Virus record (IMG/VR): IMGVR_UViG_3300005542_000007
Span: 64,001-128,000 of that record
DNA from: a virus
Direction: 5' to 3' (one strand)
DNA length: 64,000 nt
Part shown: positions 36,515 to 46,011 of the stretch, piece after piece
Layout: each line of letters begins with the position of its first letter
Position numbering within the stretch: position 1 is the first letter of the stretch
Made by a program: the position numbers and the translations under genes
Notes under the pieces: model-generated
Told to the model about the DNA's origin: nothing
Seen by the model: the letters and a program-made list of their open reading frames with translations, nothing else
Databases searched by the model: none

Positions 36515-37276
36515 ATGACGATTTTCCTTAAAACAGAAGAACATTTGCAACACATAAGAAGGGCAGGTAAGATTGCTTCCACAGTCTTGTCTGCCCTTCC
36601 TCATTTTATAATTCCGGGAGCGACAACCAAATACATTGATGGAGTTGTTGAGCAGATGACACGAGAGCTTGAGGGAATTCCAGCTTGCAAAGGATATAAA
36701 GAATTCCCAGCCGCAACTTGTATTTCGGTTAATGATGAAGCGGTTCATTGTATTCCAAGCGAAAGGGTAATTAAAGAAGGCGACGTAGTAAAGGTGGATT
36801 TTGTGGTGGATGTTAATGGTTGGAAGGCTGATACCGCTCGAACCTACCTCGTGCCGCCTATCAAACCTGAAATCCAAACTTTTGCCGAGACCTGCTACCT
36901 TGCAATGTATGAAGGAATTAAGAAAGCAATTGATGGAAATCGAGTAAGTGATATAAGCAAAGCAATTGAAGAGTTTGTTAAGCCCAGGGGTTATGGAATC
37001 GTAAAAGCGTTCGTCGGCCATGGGATAGGAAAGAGTATTCACGAAGACCCACAAATACCCAATTATTTTGTTAAGGAGAAAGACTCGCTCCTTTGTTCTG
37101 GAATGACAATTTGTATTGAGCCAATTTTAACGCTTAATTCAGACCCTACCGTAGAAATTACAGGATGGAACACAAAAGCCAAATCCGTTGTAGCCCATTT
37201 CGAACATACCCTGTTAATCACCCCCACCAAGCCAGAAATCATTACCCTCCGAAAAGAAGAGTTAAATTTCCTCTAG
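36515..37276 (+). CDS. map: Methionine aminopeptidase type I
   Basis: CISVND..VHCIP, GDVVKVD, ADTART, GHGIG..IHEDP, CIEP, AHFEHT all intact. Confidence 0.95.
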   Translation: MTIFLKTEEHLQHIRRAGKIASTVLSALPHFIIPGATTKYIDGVVEQMTRELEGIPACKGYKEFPAATCISVNDEAVHCIPSERVIKEGDVVKVDFVVDVNGWKADTARTYLVPPIKPEIQTFAETCYLAMYEGIKKAIDGNRVSDISKAIEEFVKPRGYGIVKAFVGHGIGKSIHEDPQIPNYFVKEKDSLLCSGMTICIEPILTLNSDPTVEITGWNTKAKSVVAHFEHTLLITPTKPEIITLRKEELNFL

Positions 37277-37297
37277 AAATCATATCAAACTTTCCTA

Positions 37298-37326
37298 TTG
37301 ACAAACCCCGGTTTTGGGGCTATACT
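37298..37326 (+). promoter_or_regulatory. sigma70-type early promoter
   Basis: TTGACA-17-TATACT followed by GGGAGG RBS. Confidence 0.8.
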
Positions 37327-37343
37327 TAATTAGGGAGGGAATA

Positions 37344-37835
37344 ATGAATCTACCACAAGCTGAATTTCTTGCTACGGAACTTATGCGTCAGCATGGATTG
37401 TGGGAGCAGCGTTGGAGTTTTAAATTTGATCGTTCTGTAAGGCGGCTTGGAAATTGTAATTATGGGAAGAAGATTATTTCTTTAGGGCAACACGCTACTT
37501 TGGTAAACGATGAGGCAACTGTTCGTAATACAATCCTTCATGAAATTGCTCACGCTCTTTGTGGGTATGACGCTGGACATGGACCCATTTGGAGGGCAAA
37601 AGCAGTTGAGATTGGGTGTGATGGGCAGCGTCTTGGAAACATTGCAAAGAAGGCTCCTCACAAATATCAAATGTATTGTATGGATTGCAATCACACTTGG
37701 ATGTATTATCGAAGGCCAAAGCTGGGTCCTTGCTACATTCATAAATGCGAAAAATTGTTAAACAGAATCGGATATACACATGATACACCTTGGGTTCCTG
37801 TTGCTTCTAATTTGAAAGTGGAGGTATTAGCGTGA
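37344..37835 (+). CDS. SprT-like zinc metalloprotease
   Basis: RLGNC...TILHEIAHAL...GHGPIW...IG; C-terminal CxxC. Confidence 0.85.
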   Translation: MNLPQAEFLATELMRQHGLWEQRWSFKFDRSVRRLGNCNYGKKIISLGQHATLVNDEATVRNTILHEIAHALCGYDAGHGPIWRAKAVEIGCDGQRLGNIAKKAPHKYQMYCMDCNHTWMYYRRPKLGPCYIHKCEKLLNRIGYTHDTPWVPVASNLKVEVLA

Positions 37836-38008
37836 GCTTAAATGAATATCAAAAGAAACCCACACTTACCGCAGACGGTCTTCCATGGGTACAGCAATGT
37901 TTATATTGTGGCACGTCTGTAAATTTTATTAAGGACCCGAAGAGCAGTTGGCTTAGGGTAGGGGAATTTGTTCGCCATAAAAAATGCGATCCTCCCCCAG
38001 CGAAGTGA
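37832..38008 (+). CDS. Small Cys/His protein (not in ORF track)
   Basis: GGAGG RBS, GTG overlapping the SprT stop; CLYCG...RHKKC. Confidence 0.5.
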   Translation: MSLNEYQKKPTLTADGLPWVQQCLYCGTSVNFIKDPKSSWLRVGEFVRHKKCDPPPAK

Positions 38009-38199
38009 AATACAAAGATTCAGATATTTGTGTTTGTGGCCACCGCTTTGACGACCACGATTGTCACACGGATGGATATTGTTTGGAATGTCTATTCTCC
38101 GATGGTATTTATGGAGATGGCGTTGATGAATGTCAAGGTTTTAAGTTGGATAATTTAAAATACGTTGAAGACAAAGCGAAGAAAAGAAAGTTGCTATGA
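38005..38199 (+). CDS. DNL-tail Cys/His family member 1
   Basis: CVCGH..DH...DNLKYVEDKAKKRKLL; stop overlaps thyX ATG. Confidence 0.7.
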   Translation: MKYKDSDICVCGHRFDDHDCHTDGYCLECLFSDGIYGDGVDECQGFKLDNLKYVEDKAKKRKLL

Positions 38200-38843
38200 A
38201 ACCAGTTTTGGATAAAGGATTTGTGGAGTTGGTTGATTCAATGGGGTCGGACCTTTCCATTGTCAGAGCCGCCAGAGTATCTTACGGCAAAACTTCTTCA
38301 GATCCTGAGAAGGATAAGAAGCTGATTAAATTCCTTTTGGCTAACGACCATGGCACCCCCTTTGAGCACGTTGCCCTCACGTTCCATGTAAAAGCTCCAA
38401 TCTTTGTTGTTCGACAGTGGATGAGACACAGGATTGGAAATTCCTTCAACGAGATCAGCGGTCGGTATACAGAGATGAAAGAAGAATTTTATATTCCAAA
38501 GCAGCTTCGTACCCAGGTGGGAAAGAATTACCAGTACGAAGCTTTGATGGATAGTGTGAATTCTATTGAGAAGATTGAAGCTCATTACGAAGACACATTC
38601 AAATTATATAAGGAGCTTCTAGAATTGGGTGTGGCCAAAGAGCAAGCTCGTGCTATCCTTCCCTTGGGGCTCTATACAGAATTTTATTGGACTGTGAATG
38701 CCCGTTCTTTGATGCACTTTATATCTTTGCGTCTTGATCCTCATGCCCAGGAAGAGATTAGAGATTACGCTGTCGCTTTGCTCGAATATTTTAAAGAGGT
38801 TCTGCCTTGGACAGCAGAAGCATTTTTGGAGAAGAATAAGTGA
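38196..38843 (+). CDS. thyX: FAD-dependent thymidylate synthase
   Basis: AARVSY, HGTPFEH, RQWMRHR..SFNEISGRY, EQARAILP, HAQ.EIR. Confidence 0.97.
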   Translation: MKPVLDKGFVELVDSMGSDLSIVRAARVSYGKTSSDPEKDKKLIKFLLANDHGTPFEHVALTFHVKAPIFVVRQWMRHRIGNSFNEISGRYTEMKEEFYIPKQLRTQVGKNYQYEALMDSVNSIEKIEAHYEDTFKLYKELLELGVAKEQARAILPLGLYTEFYWTVNARSLMHFISLRLDPHAQEEIRDYAVALLEYFKEVLPWTAEAFLEKNK

Positions 38844-39070
38844 TGGAACTTCTGTGCAAATGTGGACACAGAGATACAATGCATTCTACATTAGAAGATG
38901 CACTTAAGTACCGCCAGAATATTGGTAGGTTATGCACTGAATATGCAGACTATCCTAATTACGATGCTCCTTATTTACACGCAACAGAAGAAATTTGTAT
39001 ATGTGATAACTTTATAGCAGATAATTTATTGTCGATTGAACGAGAAGTAAAGAAGAGAAATTTGGTATGA
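38840..39070 (+). CDS. DNL-tail Cys/His family member 2
   Basis: CKCGH...H...CIC...DNLLSIEREVKKRNLV. Confidence 0.7.
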   Translation: MMELLCKCGHRDTMHSTLEDALKYRQNIGRLCTEYADYPNYDAPYLHATEEICICDNFIADNLLSIEREVKKRNLV

Positions 39071-39255
39071 TGTGTTGGCGATGTGGGCATCAAAAGAGAG
39101 GACACGAAGCAGAACCAATAACTGAGTATAAGGAAGTATGTTGGGATTGTTGGTTTGATAAAGATACACTTGAAAAACGTTTAAAAGCTTGGTATAAATT
39201 TGAAGATAACTTGAGTTATATAGAACGCAAAGCTAAGGAAAAGAAACTGATTTGA
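39067..39255 (+). CDS. DNL-tail Cys/His family member 3
   Basis: CWRCGH...H...CWDC...DNLSYIERKAKEKKLI. Confidence 0.7.
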   Translation: MMCWRCGHQKRGHEAEPITEYKEVCWDCWFDKDTLEKRLKAWYKFEDNLSYIERKAKEKKLI

Positions 39256-39264
39256 GATTCATTC

Positions 39265-39336
39265 GCTCTCATGGTGTAACGGTTAGCACGGTACCCTGTC
39301 AAGGTATTAGCACGAGTTCGATTCTCGTTGGGAGCG
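39265..39336 (+). tRNA. tRNA-Asp(GTC)
   Basis: GCTCTCA/TGGGAGC acceptor, GTACC-CTGTCAA-GGTAT anticodon arm, TTCGATT T-loop; no encoded CCA. Confidence 0.9.
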
Positions 39337-39350
39337 GAAGAATCTTTAGA

Positions 39351-39425
39351 TGCTCCATAGCACAATGGTAGTGCAATCCCCTGTTAAGGGAAAGGTTCTA
39401 GGTTCGAATCCTAGTGGAGCAGCCA
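39351..39425 (+). tRNA. tRNA-Asn(GTT)
   Basis: TGCTCCA/TGGAGCA acceptor, CTGTTAA loop, TTCGAAT T-loop, GCCA end. Confidence 0.92.
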
Positions 39426-39443
39426 AGGATTTGGAAGATGATA

Positions 39444-39516
39444 GCCCGGATAGCTCAACTGGTAGAGCAACCCCTTTGTAAGGGGAAGGTTGTAGGTTCG
39501 ATTCCTATTCTGGGCT
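39444..39516 (+). tRNA. tRNA-Thr(TGT)
   Basis: GCCCGGA/TCTGGGC acceptor, GCTC/GAGC D-stem, TTTGTAA loop, TTCGATT T-loop. Confidence 0.88.
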
Positions 39517-39526
39517 GTGATCTTCT

Positions 39527-40921
39527 ATGATTAAAATCAATATCGAAAACGTTAAGTCGAATCTCGAAGGGGATCTTGACCCAAAAGTAATTTCTGCTAT
39601 ATATAATAAATTGGCAGCAGAGGTTCAGGGTTCTTTTTATGCCCGAAAACAAAACCCCTGGTGGGACGGAAAGAAACATTTCTTCACTAAGGTTGGTAAG
39701 GCTTTTATGACAGGTTTGATTTGGATGGTGCGTGAAACTCTAGACAAACACCACGTTCAGTACGAATATAACGACCTTAGAATAAAGCCCAACCCAAAGA
39801 AAGAATTGCCTTTGCACAACGTTACCCTTCGTGCCTACCAGCAATCCATTGTTGATGAGGCAGTAAAGAAAGAGCGAGGTGTGATTCGTGTTTCAACAGG
39901 TGGCGGTAAGACAACCATCATTGCAGCTTTAGTTGGGAAACTTAATTTCACAACCCTCATCCTGATTCATCGCCAGGAAATTATGGCGCAGATTAAAGAG
40001 ACACTTGAACGCATCCTTCAAATTCCCATTGGAACCGTCGGCGCTGGTACAGTCGATATTCAGCGTGTTACAATTGCTATGGTTCAAAGTGCCCATGAGT
40101 TGAAAGAGTTTCTACCCACTGTTGATGTTTTGATTGGAGATGAAGGACACCATGCTCCTGCTGAAACTTATTGGCAGGTTGCAGAAGCTTGTCCAAATGC
40201 GTATTACCGATATCTTTTTACTGGAAGTGACTGGCGGGAAGATAATATGGATATAATGTTGGATGGATTCGCCGCCAAGAAGTTCGTTGATATCAACGCT
40301 TCCAAGTTAATCGATGATGGTTGGTTGGTTCCACCAACAATTTACTTGTATGATTTTCAGCATGAACGTAAGAACCGCAAAGGGGTTCGTTATCCTAAAA
40401 TTTACAATGAAGAGGTGACGAACAATTTAAAAAGGAACCAGCTTGTTGTGGACCTTGCGATGAGGTCGGTGGAGGCTGGTAAGAGTACATTAATTTTAAT
40501 AAATTACATCGAACATGGGGAGAACCTTTTAACCCTTTTAAAAGCGGTTTACCCAGATATCGAGTTCATCCATGGGAGTACGGAAGTTGGAAAGAGACAG
40601 AAGGTGCTCCAGGAGTTCAAGGAAGGCACCAGGAAGCTCCTTTTAGCGTCAAATATCCTTGGAGAGGGTGTGGACATCCCAAAGCTGGAAGTACTCATTA
40701 CAGCAAGGGCTGAAGCCTCTACAATTGCAGCCTACCAAGCATTGGGAAGAACGCTCAGGCCGTCAGAGGGTAAAACCAAAGCAATTATAATTGATCTTTT
40801 CGATTCTGATTGTAAGTATTTAGAAAGTCATGCTTCAGCGCGTTTAAAAATCTACGCTTCGGAACCCAGGTATAAAATTGTTCCAGTGAGTGATTTGAAT
40901 GGGGTAAAATTCGATGCTTGA
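39527..40921 (+). CDS. SF2 DEAD/DEAH-box helicase (UvsW-like)
   Basis: LRAYQ, TGGGKT, DEGHH, EGVDIP, QALGRTLR. Confidence 0.9.
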   Translation: MIKINIENVKSNLEGDLDPKVISAIYNKLAAEVQGSFYARKQNPWWDGKKHFFTKVGKAFMTGLIWMVRETLDKHHVQYEYNDLRIKPNPKKELPLHNVTLRAYQQSIVDEAVKKERGVIRVSTGGGKTTIIAALVGKLNFTTLILIHRQEIMAQIKETLERILQIPIGTVGAGTVDIQRVTIAMVQSAHELKEFLPTVDVLIGDEGHHAPAETYWQVAEACPNAYYRYLFTGSDWREDNMDIMLDGFAAKKFVDINASKLIDDGWLVPPTIYLYDFQHERKNRKGVRYPKIYNEEVTNNLKRNQLVVDLAMRSVEAGKSTLILINYIEHGENLLTLLKAVYPDIEFIHGSTEVGKRQKVLQEFKEGTRKLLLASNILGEGVDIPKLEVLITARAEASTIAAYQALGRTLRPSEGKTKAIIIDLFDSDCKYLESHASARLKIYASEPRYKIVPVSDLNGVKFDA

Positions 40922-41273
40922 TCCAAAAGATGTGGAGAGTGTAGTAAATAAATCTGATATGGTTTTGGATGTTTTAAATAAGCGTAGCAAAGTGGTTTTT
41001 AAAGTTCCTCTGGTAAGAATCAGAGTAGCTTTTTTTGGGTACCAATATGTTTGGGGAGAACTGAATCGAGCTAAACTGACATCCGAACTTTTGGATTTGG
41101 GATTCGACAATCTTACCCTTACTTTAATTATTGAAGGTATTATTCATTTAAAAAGAAAAGTAACACAATGGAAGGAAAGTCCCAAACGTATAACCGATCC
41201 TCTTGAATTGGCAAGAATGGAAACACAAGTAAAAAAGCGTGTTCGTTTTAATACCGCTAGAGGTAAATTTTAA
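40914..41273 (+). CDS. Hypothetical protein
   Basis: 119-aa ORF coupled to helicase. Confidence 0.5.
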   Translation: MLDPKDVESVVNKSDMVLDVLNKRSKVVFKVPLVRIRVAFFGYQYVWGELNRAKLTSELLDLGFDNLTLTLIIEGIIHLKRKVTQWKESPKRITDPLELARMETQVKKRVRFNTARGKF

Positions 41274-41458
41274 TGGTTGAGTATTGCACCTGTGGGCATA
41301 CGAAAGAATGCCACGCAATACTTCATGGTCCTCACGGTATTAAGAATTTGGCGTTGTGTTTAAACTGTGTAAATAAAAATGAGATCGCCTCCCATTCTTT
41401 TAAACTTGACAATCTTAAATTAATCGAAGACTTAGCCAAAGAGAAAGGATTAGTATGA
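41273..41458 (+). CDS. DNL-tail Cys/His family member 4
   Basis: CTCGH...H...CLNC...DNLKLIEDLAKEKGLV. Confidence 0.7.
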   Translation: MVEYCTCGHTKECHAILHGPHGIKNLALCLNCVNKNEIASHSFKLDNLKLIEDLAKEKGLV

Positions 41459-42123
41459 TAAAAATAGTGGCTATTTCCGATACCCATCTTTCGCACAACC
41501 AATTAGAAATTCCTGAGTGCGACCTTTTGATCCATTCAGGAGATTTTTCATTTGTAGGAAAAATGGTTGATGTGCTAGACGTGAACCAATGGTTTGGGAA
41601 GTTGAAAGCAAGTGGTAAGGTAAAAGAGATTGTAGCAATCGCTGGCAATCATGATTGGATAGGACAGACAAACCCCAGTTGGACAAAAGAAGCTTTTACC
41701 AATTGTATTTACTTGGATGAAGAACCTTGTGAAGTGTTTGGGTTCAAAGTGTTTGGGTCGGCATGGAGTCCAGAATTTAATAATTGGGCGTTCAATGCAA
41801 AACGAGGAAAAGAGATAGCTCGACACTGGAGTAAGATTCCCGATGATACGGAAATCCTCGTAACGCATGGACCGCCTATGGGAATCTTGGATATTAACAC
41901 AGAAGAGATTTACAGCAAACCTTTGGGCCCGGAACATTTGGGATGTGAGGAGCTTAGGAAGCGAGTGAAGAAATTGAAAGAGTTAAAGCTGCATGTTTTC
42001 GGCCACATACATTCTTCCAATGGAATGGATACGGTCGATGGTGTTCAGTTTGTTAATGCCTCAGTCTTAAACGAATCCTACGAAGTAGTTTACCCACCTA
42101 GAGTAATTCACCTCGAAAAATAG
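41455..42123 (+). CDS. Metallophosphoesterase (calcineurin-like)
   Basis: ISDTH, HSGDF, AGNHD, THGPP, FGHIH. Confidence 0.92.
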   Translation: MIKIVAISDTHLSHNQLEIPECDLLIHSGDFSFVGKMVDVLDVNQWFGKLKASGKVKEIVAIAGNHDWIGQTNPSWTKEAFTNCIYLDEEPCEVFGFKVFGSAWSPEFNNWAFNAKRGKEIARHWSKIPDDTEILVTHGPPMGILDINTEEIYSKPLGPEHLGCEELRKRVKKLKELKLHVFGHIHSSNGMDTVDGVQFVNASVLNESYEVVYPPRVIHLEK

Positions 42124-42137
42124 CATCAAATTACCTC

Positions 42138-42166
42138 TTGACAAAATACCCTTTTCCTGCTAAACT
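42138..42166 (+). promoter_or_regulatory. sigma70-type early promoter, probable leaderless transcript
   Basis: TTGACA-17-TAAACT; GTG start 5 nt downstream. Confidence 0.7.
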
Positions 42167-42171
42167 AAAGC

Positions 42172-42333
42172 GTGGAAGAAAAGCTCTGCGAATTCTGCAA
42201 GCATAAAGCAAGTGATCACATCCTGGCGAATGCTGGTGCTTGTGGTGATGCAGAATGTTGCGGAAGTGAATACGAATTTTGCTATGAATGTGGAGAACGT
42301 TGCAGTGGCTTTGATTTAAAGTGGAGGTATTGA
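42172..42333 (+). CDS. Small Cys-rich protein (not in ORF track)
   Basis: MEEKLCEFCKHKASDH...CYECGERCSGF; related N-terminus to DNL family but no DNL tail. Confidence 0.5.
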   Translation: MEEKLCEFCKHKASDHILANAGACGDAECCGSEYEFCYECGERCSGFDLKWRY

Positions 42334-42335
42334 AA

Positions 42336-42509
42336 ATGAATCAGAAAGAAGCTTTGAAAAGAGTTATGGCTTTGGTAGAACACGAGGATCGAAAAGAAGT
42401 ACTCTTTCTTCTAAAAAGATGCCGTAAGCATCTTGTGAAACAATGGGGAGAAGATGATGGATTTATCCAACGGCTTGATACAGCTATCGCGCAAATGGAG
42501 GGAAAATAG
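42336..42509 (+). CDS. Hypothetical protein
   Basis: GGAGG RBS before ATG 42336. Confidence 0.5.
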   Translation: MNQKEALKRVMALVEHEDRKEVLFLLKRCRKHLVKQWGEDDGFIQRLDTAIAQMEGK

Positions 42510-42510
42510 C

Positions 42511-42717
42511 ATGGAAAGACAATTGACCGAATTCCAAAATGCAATTATAAGCGTAGTTCATACTGAGCCCGATTATAGTTTTGTACAAGTGGAGAGAAAA
42601 GCTATTCTAAGAATGGCTCAACGAGGATTGGTAAAGCTTAAAACAAATTCGAATGGACTTACTGGAGCCACGGTTACAGCCAAAGGTGAAAAGCTTTATG
42701 GTTGGAAAGTGGCATGA
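42511..42717 (+). CDS. Small winged-helix-like protein
   Basis: GGAGGG RBS; ...QRGLV...TVTAKG pattern. Confidence 0.4.
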   Translation: MERQLTEFQNAIISVVHTEPDYSFVQVERKAILRMAQRGLVKLKTNSNGLTGATVTAKGEKLYGWKVA

Positions 42718-42847
42718 ATATTCCTATTATTTCCAAATGGTTGAAGTCTCGTGAGAATAAAAAAGTTGTTGCGGCTTTCCTTAAATTGGAAATGAGAAAA
42801 GCTAGGATCATTGATTATAAAAGAAAATACAATATTAAAGATCCCAA

Positions 42848-43828
42848 ATGAACAAAATCCTCGAAGTTAAATTTGGCAGTCACCTCTATGGAACGGATAC
42901 CCCCGAAAGCGATCTCGATTTTAAAGGTATTTATTTACCAGACGCTCATCAAATTGTTTTGGGCAGAGCCAGTAAGAATGTCAGCACAAGCCGTTCAAAG
43001 CAAGAGTTTGAGAAGAATAGTAAAGATGATGTAGACCGAGAAACTTTCAGTCTCAAGGAATATTTGAAGCTCCTTTGTGAGGGACAAACTGTTGCTCTGG
43101 ACATGCTTTTCTCTCCCGAATCCTTTCATGTATTTAAAGGGGAAAATACTTACGTTTTGTTTCAATACATTTATCAGAATAAAGATAAAATCCTTTCCAA
43201 AGGTATTTTGAGTTTTGTCGGATACGCACAAAAACAAGCTTCGAAATACGGTATTAAAGGTTCTCGTGTTCGAGCAGTGAAAGATACAATTGAGTTTTTG
43301 AATGGCATTAAAGACGAGCAATCGCTGTTGAAAGAGATTCGAGTAGTACTAGATTCTTTTGTTGCCAGGGGCGATGAGTTCATCAAATACGTTGAGATGA
43401 CAGATCCCAACAATGTTCTGGTTACTTATTTTGAAGTGTGTAACCGTAAATTTCAAATGACGAACTCTGTTAAATATGTGTTGTCCATCCTAAATAGAAT
43501 TTACAATGAATATGGACAACGGGCAAAGTTGGCTGAAGTTAACGATGGGATTGATTGGAAGGCGCTGAGTCATGCCGTGCGCGTAAATTTTGAAGGACAG
43601 GAATTGTTAAAGACTGGGTTCATTACTTTTCCCTGCCCGGAGAGAAAGCTCCTTCTGGATATCAAAACAGGCAAGGTACCGTATAAAGAAGTAGAGGTAT
43701 TAATTGAGACTGGATTGCAGGATTTAGAAACAGCACAGAAAGCTTCTAAGCTGCCAGAGAAGCCCGATTTGGAATGGGCTGATAATTTCTTATACGATGT
43801 TTACAGCGATATTGTGAAACGAGGATAA
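42848..43828 (+). CDS. Predicted nucleotidyltransferase (Pol-beta superfamily)
   Basis: FGSHLYGT.TP.SD.DFKGIYLP; DWKALSHAVR; SKLPEKPD. Confidence 0.85.
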   Translation: MNKILEVKFGSHLYGTDTPESDLDFKGIYLPDAHQIVLGRASKNVSTSRSKQEFEKNSKDDVDRETFSLKEYLKLLCEGQTVALDMLFSPESFHVFKGENTYVLFQYIYQNKDKILSKGILSFVGYAQKQASKYGIKGSRVRAVKDTIEFLNGIKDEQSLLKEIRVVLDSFVARGDEFIKYVEMTDPNNVLVTYFEVCNRKFQMTNSVKYVLSILNRIYNEYGQRAKLAEVNDGIDWKALSHAVRVNFEGQELLKTGFITFPCPERKLLLDIKTGKVPYKEVEVLIETGLQDLETAQKASKLPEKPDLEWADNFLYDVYSDIVKRG

Positions 43829-43831
43829 AGA

Positions 43832-44155
43832 ATGAATACAATAACACGTCAAGAAGCTACAGAAGAGCAACTAGAAGAAATTCATCACCATATTCACGCT
43901 TACATGGATTCTCTCGCAGAGTGTTTAGAGGGCGTTGATGTCGCAGGTATCCCGGTGGCTGACGGCATTAAAATGATCCTGGGAGTGGGGGTGAAGGCAG
44001 GGGCTTTGGGTAAGTTTGAGAACTTAAATATTACGGATTCTGAGGTGTCTTTTGACGCTTGGATCAGAATTGGAATGAACAATCCTGGGCTTTATTACAA
44101 GTTAAAAACAGTCATAAATATAGACGAAAAACGAGCTAGTGTAATTGAGTATTAA
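43832..44155 (+). CDS. Hypothetical protein
   Basis: 107-aa ORF with GAGGA RBS. Confidence 0.5.
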   Translation: MNTITRQEATEEQLEEIHHHIHAYMDSLAECLEGVDVAGIPVADGIKMILGVGVKAGALGKFENLNITDSEVSFDAWIRIGMNNPGLYYKLKTVINIDEKRASVIEY

Positions 44156-44163
44156 AATAACCC

Positions 44164-44192
44164 TTGACAAACGTAAAATTATCTGCTAAACT
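44164..44192 (+). promoter_or_regulatory. sigma70-type early promoter
   Basis: TTGACA-17-TAAACT followed by AGGAGGG RBS. Confidence 0.8.
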
Positions 44193-44357
44193 ATACTAGG
44201 AGGGAATGAAAATGGACTACAGAAATCTGAAAATTCTTCTGCTTGGAATATTGCTTGGAGCGATGCTCTTAGCAGGTGGGATGGTATTCAACGCGCTATC
44301 GAATATGTTCCACAATCTTCAAGTTAAATACACTGAACAAGGAGTGCTTTTAAAACT

Positions 44358-44573
44358 ATGAGTTTACTAAAATGTGTGCATTGTAAAGTGTTTTTAATTC
44401 ACAGTCAAGATGAGCTTAAAAGGCATGAAGCTAAATATCACGATTACCAAGTTTCTAATTATGAGCCGCACCATCATCGTCCTTTGAGCAAAGAAGAATT
44501 CAAAGCGATTGTGGTTCGTGGAGAAGAGAAGTTTAAACACGCTATTATTACAACGCCTGATTTAGTAAAGTAG
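44358..44573 (+). CDS. Small C2H2-like protein
   Basis: CVHC...RHEAKYH; AAGGAG RBS. Confidence 0.5.
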   Translation: MSLLKCVHCKVFLIHSQDELKRHEAKYHDYQVSNYEPHHHRPLSKEEFKAIVVRGEEKFKHAIITTPDLVK

Positions 44574-44624
44574 TAGATGTACTGGCTAAGGCCAGCAATG
44601 ACAACACGAAAGGAAGAAATTAAC

Positions 44625-45932
44625 ATGAAGAAGCTACTAGTTACAATCGCTTTGGTTATGAGTGTTGCCACTCTAGGCCGAACAGCGAACGTCACAGATA
44701 CAGGTCCAGGAACAACGGGAGATGTTCTTTACTTCACAGGTCAGGCGGGAAATGATCAAGGAACTTGGAGCAACTTGCCAAGTTTGGTTCAAACTATCAT
44801 CAACAACAACACTGTTGTTCCTGCCACAGTCGGTACGAGCCTTAACAGCAGTGCAGTGAGTACAGTTGGTAACGTTGATATTACTGGTTCAGGAATCACC
44901 CAAACAGTTACAGGTTCTGGAGCAACAGGAACGTCAAGTTATAACTTCAACAACTTGTCAACTACTGAAGGACAGACGAACGCGACCAACATCAGCAATC
45001 TGTCAAGCACTGTTGGTGGAAATACAACTCAAATCAACCAGAATACTTCGGACATCAGCAACATTCAGAACTTGTCCGATAATAGTCTGTTGACGCAGAC
45101 CGTTAATAACCACACGAGCCAAATCAGCACGTTGAATTCAAATGTTGCGTCAATTAACAACATGAGTGATCCAACCACGGTTCTCAATCAAACGGTGAAT
45201 GGCAATACGGCTGGTATTTCTGCTATTAATAACATGTCTGACCCAAGCACGGTCTTGAATCAGACTGTTAATGGAAACACGACGGCAATTGCAAATGAAA
45301 CAACTCGTGCCACTGGCGCGGAAACTACCTTGTCGAATGGTTTGTCAAATGAGGCCGCTACACGAGCTTCTGCTGATACAACCCTTCAAAACAACATTAA
45401 CAATGAAGCTACGACCCGCGCTTCTGCGGATCAGGCGTTGCAGAACCAAATCAACAACGTTAATGCTCAGGCGCAAGACAATACAAACCGCATTGATCGT
45501 TTGGAGCAAACAAAATACCTGTTGGAGCCTACCGTTCGACTTTACGACGATAAGCATTTCCAGGTTCAGGCGTTTGATTCTTACGATGTTCGCCACTCGA
45601 TGAACTTTGCGGCTGGCTTGCGGGTTATGTTCAAGGTTGGTCCTTCCTATGAAGAGAAGCTACTTAAGAAGACCAATCCTGAGATTGCTCGTCTGCTGTC
45701 GGCTAACGTTAATCACGATATTGTGGAACGTGATGAAATTCGCAAACAGCTTGCTGAGGATCGTGCTCTTATCGCAGAACAATCTGCATTGCTTAAGCAA
45801 TTGAGTGCAAAGGGTGACAACGTGGTTCTGAATGCCTCTGCCCCATCGAAGGCTGAAGCTAAGTTTGTGAATGGTGGAGATGATGATCTTCTGAAGGCCA
45901 TGGAAGACCGTAACGAGAAGTTTGGAAAGTAA
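44625..45932 (+). CDS. Secreted adhesin-like coiled-coil protein with putative beta anchor
   Basis: Signal peptide MKKLLVTIALVMSVATLG; N/T-rich stalk repeats (INNMSDP..VLNQTVNGNT, NEATTRASAD..LQ); C-terminal domain shared with 46012..46524. Confidence 0.65.
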   Translation: MKKLLVTIALVMSVATLGRTANVTDTGPGTTGDVLYFTGQAGNDQGTWSNLPSLVQTIINNNTVVPATVGTSLNSSAVSTVGNVDITGSGITQTVTGSGATGTSSYNFNNLSTTEGQTNATNISNLSSTVGGNTTQINQNTSDISNIQNLSDNSLLTQTVNNHTSQISTLNSNVASINNMSDPTTVLNQTVNGNTAGISAINNMSDPSTVLNQTVNGNTTAIANETTRATGAETTLSNGLSNEAATRASADTTLQNNINNEATTRASADQALQNQINNVNAQAQDNTNRIDRLEQTKYLLEPTVRLYDDKHFQVQAFDSYDVRHSMNFAAGLRVMFKVGPSYEEKLLKKTNPEIARLLSANVNHDIVERDEIRKQLAEDRALIAEQSALLKQLSAKGDNVVLNASAPSKAEAKFVNGGDDDLLKAMEDRNEKFGK

Positions 45933-45947
45933 TTAAAGCTAAACTGT

Positions 45948-45983
45948 AAAGCCCTGAGAAATCGGGGCTTTCAGTGTAGTTTT
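45948..45983 (+). terminator. Stem-loop/terminator
   Basis: AAAGCCCTGA-GAAA-TCGGGGCTTT, extendable stem, T-rich tail. Confidence 0.55.
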
Positions 45984-46011
45984 AAATAAAGACACGAAAG
46001 GATAAGAATAA

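Noticed and set aside
39444-39516. Reading the third tRNA as Tyr(GTA)
   Set aside because: Canonical arm spacing puts TGT at 34-36, and the short variable loop and GCC acceptor start fit Thr
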